Of a stretch of DNA of 64,000 nt, positions 25,897-52,220 are shown piece after piece. The notes beneath the pieces were generated by a model. It was not told where the DNA came from. It made no database searches and was given only the letters and a program-made list of their open reading frames with translations. The translations under genes and the position numbers were made by a program. Numbering within the stretch: the stretch's first letter is position 1; each line of letters starts with the position of its first letter. Origin of the DNA: Antedon mediterranea (taxonomy: Eukaryota; Animalia; Echinodermata); assembly GCF_964355755.1 (NCBI RefSeq), contig NC_092680.1:14083045-14147044 (forward strand). The letters are read 5' to 3'.

Positions 25897-28800
25897 CAAT
25901 CTTTCTTTAATACATCGAAATACAAAAAAAAAAGCAGACAGAGAAAAAATAGAAAAATTATACAAAATCAATTCTCCTATATAAACACCTTCTTATAAAA
26001 TAAATGTAATGTGCGATGTAATACTTTGTTGAAACTGTCACTGTCAGTCGATTGAAATAGTAAAGTACATGTAGGCCTAACGATACACCACTATGAAGTT
26101 TATATTTTTTGTAATTATTAATTAATATAAAAGTTGAGAAGCAACTGTCGTTTATCATAGTGTTTATATATCTAACAGTATCCTCACTCACAGTAGGAAA
26201 TCTGCGATTCAAAAATGGTTTAATAGTTATTCAAATCTATTATACTTACGCTACTTATAACTAACTACAGTATTGCAATGTTTTAAGTTTATCCCCCAAG
26301 GGCCCATACATTTACCTACTTGTGTTATACCAAATATTTAACTGTACTGAACTGGGAGACTGAGAGATTGGAATGTTCCATTTATCGCCAATCAATAGGT
26401 TTGTGTAAACGTATATTAAATCTATTAAAATTCGGTCTGTCTTCAACATTATGATGCTGTACTCGAGCTGTTTTCCGAGCCAATTAAAACAATTATCGTA
26501 GAAGGAGATAGGTAAATGTGAAGCCTCCTCGTATTATTGTGTGCGGATATTTTTCAAGATGGACATATACCACGATCGGAAAACACCCGTATTTGGGGCA
26601 AATCGTTGAACCTAAATTCGTTTTAATTGTCAATAACTAATTTAATTTGTAAACAGGGTTTACTTCAGGTGGTTAAAATCAGTACCGAAAGTATGAACCA
26701 ACTTTATATGCCATCGAGTAAAAATTATAGAGTTACAGAATAATAATAATTTACCCCAAATTACTTTTAAATCTAATTTTTAAAGATGTATTGTCCCCCA
26801 AATACATAAAAAATGAAGATTAATACAGACTTTGAATAGGCAATTTTGTAGTTTCTATAGCCGAAAAAATGATTCTTTCACTTATAAAATGACAAAATAA
26901 ACTATTGACTATTTTGTGCTTTAAATTGTAAAGTTTTTCAGGTAAATAATTTTATTTTCAATCCAATTTTTGGTCAAAGTGAATAACTATATATATATAT
27001 ATAGACTAAATGCAAGCGAAAATGTTTTAATCTCAACAATTATAAGCAACGTCTTAGTTAAGTCGAAGATGTTCTCCGGGTGGAATGCCATCCTGAGTTA
27101 AGTAGTAGTAATTTGTCTTGTTTATTTTATTTAATTTATATGTAATTTTTACTTCTATGGAACAGAGATTCTGAAATAAAAGATTGAATGAAAAATGAAC
27201 GAATATAATAAATCCAAAGGCAAATTACTGAAAAAATGACAATACTGTGGGTATCAGTAGCTGGATCTCAATGGAGATACAAAAAAAAAAAAAGCGAAAA
27301 GCTAAATCAAAACGATAAAGTAAAACAGCCAGAAAAATTAGCAGAGCTTTCGGGCAACACTAGCCCTCCATCGGTGCAAGTGGAGGAATTTGGATAACGT
27401 GAGCATAAGAACTGGCAAGTGCTGCCTGGGTGGACAGGAATAAAAGAAATACAACAAAGGAGACAGGGTGGAGTCTGAATAAGAGTAGAAAACAAAAAAG
27501 GTAGCTTGGTAGAGATATAAACAATTTTGGAATGGAACTAAAAAACAGCCTAAATGATGCTTAAAATGGTTAATATTGAAACTTAAATTTTGGTAGTCAA
27601 TGGAATAATTTTACCGATCTGGGAGTATGTTCCTAATGTTAACTAAAAAAGGTTTTGTGGTTTTAAGTAGTAATTCCCAGTGGTCTTTGCGAGTTTTGTC
27701 GCTCCATTTGACATCGTGGTCTATTGCAATAACTCAGAAATTTGCAATTGAGTGACCAGCTGAATTAAAATGTTCGGCTACAGGTTGATCAAGCTTTAAT
27801 GTTTTGATAGCTGATCTGTGTTGTGTCATTCTCATACGGAAAGTATTTTTTGTTTCCTCGACGTACTGTTTGCCACAAATATTACAGTATATGAGATAAA
27901 TGACGTTTTTGGTTAGATAATTAATTGATTTTCTTATCAGAAAAATGCGGCCAGTTTGGTTACTCTTAAATTTTTCAGTAGAATCAACCAATGAACAAGT
28001 TTTGCAAGATTTGCCGCAAAAGCGACTGCCCAAATTTTGGCCGTCATGAGAGTTAATTTCACTCTTAAATTTGGATCTGACTAATATATGACGAAGGTTG
28101 GGAGGTCTACGAAATGCAATAATGGGTGGTTCCGGAAAAACAGTCCTGAAACGTTCTGTATAATGGGCATATGTTGCTTAACAATATCCCGTTATGGAGG
28201 CAAAGGGTGATAGGTTGTGAACAATGGCACTCTGGTCGAATTTGTCTGACGTGGTTAGTACGTCAGTGTTTGACATCGAGGAATGTCTTTTGCTTTCTTT
28301 ATAGCAGTTTCGATGTATTCCTTCTTGTAATTTCTATTCCGGAGATGTTTGGTTATTAGTTCTTCGGTCGTTTCTGAAAATCTAAATCTGAAGAACAGAT
28401 ACGTCTGATACGTAATGCTTGACTATACGGTATGTTTTTAGTACAGTGTCGGGGATGACAACTGCTAGGGAGCAAGTACATATTTTTATCCGTAGGTTTA
28501 CGGAATAGGTAATTTTCTATGGTCACTATAGTGTCTAAAAAATCAACGCTACTAGTGGATTTGGTAGCTGTAAATTTGATAGTTGTGTGGGCTGAATTAT
28601 TGAGAAGAAAAGATTCCAAATTATCTTCACCATGGGTCCAGATCATGAAGATGTCGTCAATGTATCTAAACCAAACAAGTGGTTTATTAGGTTGGAGGGA
28701 CAGAAAATTTGCCTCAAATTTGAAAATGAATTTGAAGGAAATGGTCATTTCCAAAAATAAAATTGTTGGTGGTTAAAATCAACATGACCAGTTCTCGTAA

Positions 28801-31800
28801 ATGAGCTTTAGTAGACGTTTTGCCTGGAATTTGTTTGTAATTTAAAATACATACGTCGGCTCCTTCTTCGTTAGGGATATTAGTATACAACGATGGAACA
28901 TCTAATGTAGCCAGAACAGAATTATTAGGTAAATTTTGAATTTGGTTTATTTTGCGGATAAAGTTCGTGGAGTCCTGAATGTATGAAGGGAGATCAGTCA
29001 CATATGGTCTAAGTAAATCCTCCACATATTCAGAAATTTTCTCTGTAGCAGTGCCATTGCCTGAAATAATGGGTCTACCAGGATTGCCTGGAACTGGATT
29101 AGCTTGTGCCAAATGAGGTCCAATCTTAGGATCGATGGAGTGTTTTTTATACCATCACATAAACAGATTTGGCCACCTAATTATCCGCAATTTCCGGGGT
29201 GGGATCCGTTGTAAGTTTACGATAATGAAGAGGATTGTTTAGCTGTCTTAAGGACTCCTCTTCATAAAATTTGATGTCCATAGCAACAGTGGCAGAACCT
29301 TATTAGCGGGTTTAATGATGATATCATTACGCTGACGCAATTTGGCAATGGCCTGTCTCTCTTGTTTTGAGAGATTGTCACGTAATGAAAAGGATTCTTT
29401 AGCTGTCTTAAGTACTCCTCTTCATAAAATGTTCATAGCAACAGTGATATATATAAACATCACAGGCACAGTTTGGTTTTGGGCAGAATTTAAGTCTTCG
29501 GGAAAGAAGTTTTTTCTCTCCTTCGGAAAGTCGACAATTAATTTCAACAACTGAATCAAGGTTGTTGCTCCGATTCTCGTTATATATATTATTATAAAGA
29601 ACCTTCTGCAGGGTAATATCTTAACATATTCATATCTTAAAACATTCATATCTTAACGTATTCATATCTTAACATATTCATTTCACATTCATATCTTAAA
29701 GTATTCATATCTTAACATTCATTTCACATTCATATCTTAACGTATTCATATCGTAACATATTCTAAACGTATTCTTATCTTAACGTATTCATATCTTAAC
29801 GTATTCATATCTTAACATATTCATTTCACATTCTTATCTTAACACATTCATATCTTAACACATTCATATCTTAACGTATTCATATCTTAACGTATTCATT
29901 TCTTAACATATTCATTTCACATTCATATCTTAACACATTCATATCTTAACACATTCATATCTTAACACATTCATATCTTAACACATTCATATCTTAACAC
30001 ATTCATATCTTAACGTATTCATATCTTAACACATTCATATCTTAACACATTCATATCTTAACATATTCATATCTTAACACATTCATATCTTAACACATTC
30101 ATATCTTAACACATTCATATCTTAACACATTCATATCTTAACATATTCATTTCACATTCATATCTTAACACATTCATATCTTAACACATTCATATCTTAA
30201 CACATTCATATCTTAACACATTCATATCTTAACACATTCATATCTTAACACATTCATATCTTAACACATTCATATCTTAACACATTCATATCTTAACACA
30301 TTCATTTCTTAACACATTCATATCTTAACACATTCATATCTTAACACATTCATATCTTAACACATTCATATCTTAACATATTCATTTCACATTCATATCT
30401 TAACACATTCATATCTTAACACATTCATATCTTAACACATTCATATCTTAACACATTCATATCTTAACACATTCATATCTTAACACATTCATATCTTAAC
30501 ACATTCATATCTTAACACATTCATATCTTAACATATTCATATCTTAACACATTCATATCTTAACACATTCATATCTTAACATATTCATTTCACATTCATA
30601 TCTTAACACATTCATATCTTAACATATTCATATCTTAACACATTCATATCTTAACGTATTCATATCTTAACACATTCATATCTTAACATATTCATATCTT
30701 AACACATTCATATCTTAACACATTCATATCTTAACACATTCATATCTTAACACATTCATATCTTAACGTATTCATATCTTAACATATTCATATCTTAACA
30801 CATTCATATCTTAACGTATTCATATCTTAACATATTCATTTCACATTCATATCTTAACACATTCATATCTTAACACATTCATATCTTAACACATTCATAT
30901 CTTAACGTATTCATATCTTAACATATTCATTTCACATTCTTATCTTAACACATTCATATCTTAACACATTCATATCTTAACGTATTCATATCTTAACGTA
31001 TTCATTTCTTAACATATTCATTTCACATTCATATCTTAACACATTCATATCTTAACACATTCATATCTTAACACATTCATATCTTAACACATTCATATCT
31101 TAACGTATTCATATCTTAACACATTCATATCTTAACACATTCATATCTTAACGTATTCATATCTTAACACATTCATATCTTAACACATTCATATCTTAAC
31201 ACATTCATATCTTAACATATTCATTTCACATTCATATCTTAACACATTCATATCTTAACATATTCATATCTTAACATATTCATATCTTAACATATTCATT
31301 TCACATTCATATCTTAACACATTCATATCTTAACACATTCATATCTTAACACATTCATATCTTAACACATTCATATCTTAACACATTCATATCTTAACAC
31401 ATTCATATCTTAACACATTCATATCTTAACACATTCATATCTTAACATATTCATATCTTAACACATTCATATCTTAACACATTCATATCTTAACATATTC
31501 ATTTCACATTCATATCTTAACACATTCATATCTTAACATATTCATATCTTAACACATTCATATCTTAACGTATTTATATCTTAACACATTCATATCTTAA
31601 CATATTCATATCTTAACACATTCATATCTTAACACATTCATATCTTAACACATTCATATCTTAACACATTCATATCTTAACATATTCATATCTTAACACA
31701 TTCATATCTTAACGTATTCATATCTTAAAATATTCATTTCACATTCATATCTTAACACATTCATATCTTAACACATTCATATCTTAACACATTCATATCT

Positions 31801-34156
31801 TAACGTATTCATATCTTAACATATTCATTTCACATTCTTATCTTAACACATTCATATCTTAACATATTCATATCTTAACACATTCATATCTTAACACATT
31901 CATATCTTAACATATTCATTTCACATTCTTATCTTAACGTATTCATATCTTAACACATTCATATCTTAACACATTCATATCTTAACGTATTCATATCTTA
32001 ACATATTCATTTCACATTCATATCTTAACACATTCATATCTTAACACATTCATATCTTAACACATTCATATCTTAACACATTCATATCTTAACACATTCA
32101 TATCTTAACACATTCATATCTTAACATGTTCATTTCACATTCATATCTTAACACATTCATATCTTAACACATTCATATCTTAACGTATTCATATCTTAAC
32201 GTATTCATATCTTAACATATTCATTTCACATTCATATCTTAACACATTCATATCTTAACACATTCATATCTTAACACATTCATATCTTAACACATTCATA
32301 TCTTAACGTATTCATATCTTAACGTATTCATATCTTAACACATTCATATCTTAACATATTCATTTCACATTCATATCTTAACACATTCATATCTTAACAC
32401 ATTCATATCTTAACACATTCATATCTTAACACATTCATATCTTAACACATTCATATCTTAACACATTCATATCTTAACATATTCATATCTTAACATATTC
32501 ATTTCACATTCATATCTTAACACATTCATATCTTAACACATTCATATCTTAACATATTCATTTCTTAACATATTCATATCTTAACATATTCATTTCTTAA
32601 CATATTCATATCTTAACATATTCATTTCTTAACATATTTATTCTTTGATTTCTTAGCATATTTATTTTATTTTCTTATTCATTTCTTATTATATTCATAT
32701 CTTAACATAATTCATTTTCAGCATATACATTTCTTAGCGTATTAAATTCTTAACGCATTTATTTCTTAACGCATTCATTTCTTAACGCATTCAATTCTTA
32801 ACGTATACATTTTCTTAACATATTCATTTTTTGTCATAATCATATTTTAGCATATTTATTTCTTTACATAATAATGTCTTAGCATATTCATTTCTTAGCA
32901 AAGAAAATTCATTTCTTCTTAAACTCATTTCTTAACGTATTCATTTCTTAACATATTCATGTTTTTACATATTCATTTATTAGAATAAATGTGAATAACT
33001 ATATTATGTGACATTAAAATGGCACATTAAAAAAAATGTTTTTAAATTCTTTTAGGGGGACAATATATCTTTAAATGTATACATAGTTTCTATGCTAAGA
33101 AGTCGTCGTGAGTCGTGATGTATGTTGATTGTTAACTTAGGCCTAACTGTCTTGTGGAAATTATTCGTCGGAAATAAGGACGAGTGTTATGTCTCTCTGA
33201 TTATATTGATTAACGTGATATGATATAATGTTGTGCATATGATTTATTCACAGGTCGTTATTGTTGGCCATGTTCCGCCAGGATGTTTTGAGCGCTCACG
33301 TAGGAAATGTTGGTTTTATCCCGAGTTTAACGAACGATACATTGGCATTATCCGGGAATTCCATGATGTCATTACTTTCCAGTTGTTTGCTCATCAACAC
33401 GACGACAGCTTTAGAATATTTTATGACAATGACGGTACGTAGTTTCCATTTTATGAGTATGTTTATTCATATAGTTTAATTTGGATATTTAAAAAATGTG
33501 TTCATTCTTTATAAGCCTTAAATTACAATATAGGATGCTTTTATTAGTGTGTACTGAAGCATCAGTGGGATGTTGTTCAGTGCGTCTTAAAAACATTTTT
33601 AAACAATACATAGGCCATATGTTGTTTTCTTTCAGGAACGCCGATAAGTTCTCTGTTCCTTTCACCGGCAGTGACACCATGGAATACTTCCTTAAGTGGA
33701 GTTGGACCAAATAATCCAAGTGTTCGATTATTTACGTATAGTCCAAAAGACGGCAAACTTCTGAATTGGCAACAGTACTATCTTGACCTGCGTAAGGTTT
33801 CTTCGGCAGAAAGTTCAATGTGGGAGGAAGAGTATAGCGCAGTCGACGCTTACGACATTTCTGACGTCACAACGGAATCTCTAAATTCATTAATTGATAC
33901 CTTTGAGAATAACAACTTATATTTTAATCGGTATTATTTGTTTAACAGTGTGGGGTATGACAATAACACGTGTACTGGAGATTGTAGGGTTACTCAAGTA
34001 TGTTCTATTACTCAGGTTGATTACACTCAATTTGACCAATGCATCATCGATGGGTCTGGCGAACCTGGTGGTGCGGTTCAAATCCGCCCGAGTTGCAGTA
34101 TCTGTTCTGGTATCTTAATCATTGCAGTATGGTTCGTAAGATATATAATCATATAG
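19612..34156 (+). CDS. SMPDL3: Acid sphingomyelinase-like phosphodiesterase 3 (SMPDL3B-like), 6 exons: 19612-19681, 20988-21186, 22735-22982, 25354-25514, 33254-33434, 33636-34156; 1380 nt = 459 aa
   Basis: Signal peptide MTAMFKWIAILASVNTVICG; metallophosphoesterase motifs FWHVTDFHYD, GDYACDSPW, IWTGDD, FGNHDYHP, DPAGQFNWL, GHVPPG, AHQHDDSFR, SPAVTPW, NNPSVRLF; hydrophobic C-terminus like the GPI signal of SMPDL3B; all phases consistent. Confidence 0.93.
20340..20900. mobile_element. Degenerate copy of TTAA MITE family B (gtattgtccc...ggacaata)
   Basis: Ends resemble the TIRs at 26784/33070; related fragments at ~7440-7555 and ~38330-38448. Confidence 0.55.
20988..21186 (+). CDS. SMPDL3: SMPDL3 exon 2
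   Basis: KFWHVTDFHYD...PDFIIWTG. Confidence 0.93.
21240..21622. repeat. Degenerate gaccacctct-based repeat with ~200-bp tandem duplication (TE-derived)
   Basis: ccacatctcttttatagaaacgcttctcatacttgaccacctcttgtcagtgacg at ~21244 and ~21441. Confidence 0.7.
22550..22701. mobile_element. 152-bp palindromic MITE with 8-bp TSD acgtggct
   Basis: atagaatgccgtttacgcaa ... ttgcgtaaacggcgttccat; TSD at 22542-22549 and 22702-22709. Confidence 0.75.
22735..22982 (+). CDS. SMPDL3: SMPDL3 exon 3
   Basis: DDTPHV...FGNHDYHPKHQF. Confidence 0.93.
23818..24611 (+). mobile_element. Helentron-associated (HINE/DINE-1-like) non-autonomous element
   Basis: subTIR agtcgcgtg (23822) / cacgcgact (24582), 5' short IR, (GTCT/GTCG)n microsatellite, 3' small stem-loop, T-rich flanks. 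Confidence 0.7.
25354..25514 (+). CDS. SMPDL3: SMPDL3 exon 4 (absent from ORF track)
   Basis: TYYTAKIGPYRFAGLNTVFYY...DPAGQFNWLEQML. Confidence 0.92.
25872..26011 (-). mobile_element. Short retroposed insert with poly(A) tail and 16-bp TSD
   Basis: TSD tgcgatgtaatacttt at 25856-25871 and 26012-26027; T-run 25869-25896; attaaa just upstream of the poly(A) on the minus strand. Confidence 0.85.
27200..29446 (-). mobile_element. Penelope-like retroelement relic (RT + Cys-linker + GIY-YIG; Neptune-like), 5'-truncated
   Basis: IIIKPANKGSATV, PGRPIISG, LPSYIQDSTNF, LATLDVPSLYTNIP, WFRYIDDIFMIW, LFRKPTD, SSCHP..IPYSQALRIRRICS, CGKSCKTC, NVIYLIYCNICGKQYVEET..RMTQHR..VAEHF; frameshifts. Confidence 0.92.
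27341..27377 (-). ncRNA. Degenerate minimal (type I) hammerhead ribozyme motif in the Penelope 3' terminal region
   Basis: Minus strand gca-ccgatgga-gggc(tagtgtt)gccc-gaaa-gctc-tgc: stem I, core with 2 changes from CUGAUGA(A), stem II, GAAA, palindromic AGCU loop. Confidence 0.6.
29616..32980. repeat. 16-bp satellite (atatcttaacacattc)n with interspersed 11-bp atttcacattc variants; degenerate after ~32640
   Basis: Read directly; ~190 units. Confidence 0.98.
33254..33434 (+). CDS. SMPDL3: SMPDL3 exon 5
   Basis: VVIVGHVPPG...FAHQHDDSFRIFY. Confidence 0.93.
33636..34156 (+). CDS. SMPDL3: SMPDL3 exon 6
   Basis: LFLSPAVTPW...NNPSVRLFTY...hydrophobic tail, TAG. Confidence 0.93.
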
Positions 34157-34489
34157 TCAGTTAAATTTTATTTTTAGTGACACTAAAAACACGTGCGTAA
34201 AATGGTTGATTTTCTCACCGTAGCCTACGTAACGACTATGTATGTCAAAATAATTATTATACAATGATCAATAGCTTTATATTTTGCAGTCTCCTGGATT
34301 GTTTAGCCATGCATTTAAAAAATTGTTCATATACAAATTAATGTTCAATACAAAATCGGTATACTGGTAGGACTTAGAGTAGGTTATATTTTAGTAATGT
34401 AATGATGTGGTAAATGAATACAATTAAACACGATTTTGTGAGAGATGCTACTTAGTTACTCTATTACTAAACAACTAACTATGGCGTGC

Positions 34490-35270
34490 CAAACGCGACA
34501 CTACAGAAGGGGTACTGGGTCAATTGGTCTAACGATGGAAAATTTAGCGTGCGATTTCCTCTTGGACTATTCCAAAATCTGACAGCTTCGTCCATCACCA
34601 TCGTGGTGGATGAGGATGTTCCTTGCTGGTGACGTCGTTATGGAGAAGGCCTCTTCAAGGGTGATAACCCTTGAATAGTATGTATCTGGTTAATATGAAC
34701 ACATTTTGATGATGACGATGCTGATCTTTGTCGCAAAGACGTTGATGTTGATGATGGTAGTGACTTTGATAATGACTGTCGTGGTGATACTACAGAGGCT
34801 GATCGCGAAGTTGACACTGAAATTGCGCTCGTTCGTGGTTGAGTTTATATGAATGATGACGATGACGAAGAACATTGGGATGCACAAAAGTACCATTGAC
34901 AGCAACTTTATCCTGTAAGTTGCCCCAGACAGTAACCCAAAAATGCCCGTTGGGTTGTTGGGCCATACAAGATTTAATCATGCATTGTAACTATTATTAG
35001 GCCTACCCTTTGGGATATACGGAAATACCATCGACAGCAACTTTATCGTGTGAGTTTCCCCAGACAGTAGGCTATCCCCAACATTTCCGATTCCCCCCCC
35101 CCCCCCCCCACTTCTACATGATTTAATAACTCGGTCACACGTAAGGCTGCATGCCTTTTTGCATCCAATACTGTAGGTATAGTTGAAATCACCAGAACCA
35201 GTGCTTTCGTTCAACAGGATACTCGGCCATACCATGTAACTAAGTTGTTGGTGGAACAATGTTAACTTCT
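34490..35270 (-). pseudogene. Probable KilA-N (APSES-like) domain relic with duplicated C-terminal half and a Ser-rich tail
   Basis: SYMVW..ILLNESTG..FNYT...GCKK...VIKSC and WVTVWGNLQDKVAVNGTFVHPNVL resemble KilA-N motifs (IxxxTGYxNAT; GTYVHP); frameshifted. Confidence 0.45.
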
Positions 35271-35718
35271 AATACCCTGTTTTGAAGTACGTACAGAAAT
35301 TAGCAATCCTAGTTTGACTAATCGCATCAAGAAACAATGACATTTTAAGATAGTTTAATTAATTAGTTAACACTAACATGCTATTTACAATCCCTGGAAA
35401 TATGATTTCATTGTTCATTTTATTTGGCGTTTATAGTATATTTATTTCTGTAGAAAAATGTTTATTTAATATCAATTTTTTTTTATTGTGGGGTAATAAT
35501 AGTCACTTAGATAATTGCTGGTCTGGGCTCCAGACGAAGTTTTGTATTAATATTAGCAAAGAATATCAGATATTAGTAAAAATATAAATATTTTTGCACA
35601 TATGGCGTTTCATACGTGTATTACTTGAGTCAAAGAATATACAATAAATAAATACAGTACAGACTTAGCAAGTCTAGATAATTGCATTCTGGATCACATT
35701 TCTTCTATTGTTGCTTGA

Positions 35719-51203
<15,485 letters not shown>

Positions 51204-52220
51204 AGCCAGAAGCAAAATGTAAATATTGTATAGACATACAAATGTACAAAAACTACAGTAATTAATACTGCATTGTAGCCATAGTGCAAAATAAATTCTA
51301 TGCTCTGATAAATTCAAGATAGAGTTGATGCAGAATGCAATTCCATTATAATTTTCTGAATCTTTGTGGTCATGTGTATATTTGTGTTCAATACATTCTT
51401 ATACCAAATTTGTTATGGTTTAAGAGATAATTGGGGTGATTGTAAAATGGCAGCCATATTTATATTTCTATTAAATACATTCTTGTTCAAAATACCTGAT
51501 GTTTTGAGAGATATATAGCATATTTTATATGGCATAATTAGATGAAATTTAACTTTGACCCATAATACAACTCAATTGCATTATTCTTTAAATTTGTACA
51601 AATTCTTATACAAAATACCAAATGGATTAAAAGATAATTAGCATATTTTAGATGCCATACTGGAATGACCTTTGGCCTTGACCCCAAAGGCAAATCAAAT
51701 ACAGGTATACTGAATCTTTGATGCATTTTCATTTAAAAATAAATATTAACTAGCTAATTTGCATAATTAATTAGCGTTGATTGCATAATTTTCAAAATAA
51801 TGTAGCGCTTTAACCAACTATCATACATAGTTGATTGAGATGTCAAATTAAAGCTCTTCCCAAGATCTATCCAATGGCCTACATTATATATTATTTAGGG
51901 GGGTATGTGATTTACTATTGACAAATATCTCATATTGTGAAAACCAAAATCTCCTGAAATGTCATGTGAAAAGTCTGGTACTACCTATATTATTTATTTT
52001 GGAGTCATTAAATAGAGCAAACTCTAAGGAGCATTTCTGCCAATTTTCAAGTTTGTAGGGGGTGTAGTTCTACTTCTACATTTTTTCAAAATCTGAAAAA
52101 ACATTGAAAATTTGAAACACAGGAAATCTTGTGTTAAACTTATCTAAATTTACAAATGCGAAAGTTCATACATTTTTCTGTCCTTAATTCAATTGCGCCT
52201 TTATTGTAGCTAATCACCTT

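Larger units (their letters stand above)
26784..33070. mobile_element. TTAA MITE family B (Kolobok-like) split by a 6-kb insertion
   Basis: ttaa|agatgtattgtccccc ... gggggacaatatatct|ttaa (15/16 TIR match). Confidence 0.75.

Noticed and set aside
29616-32980. CRISPR array or telomeric repeat
   Set aside because: No unique spacers, no cas genes, eukaryotic intron; the unit is not a TTAGGG-type repeat
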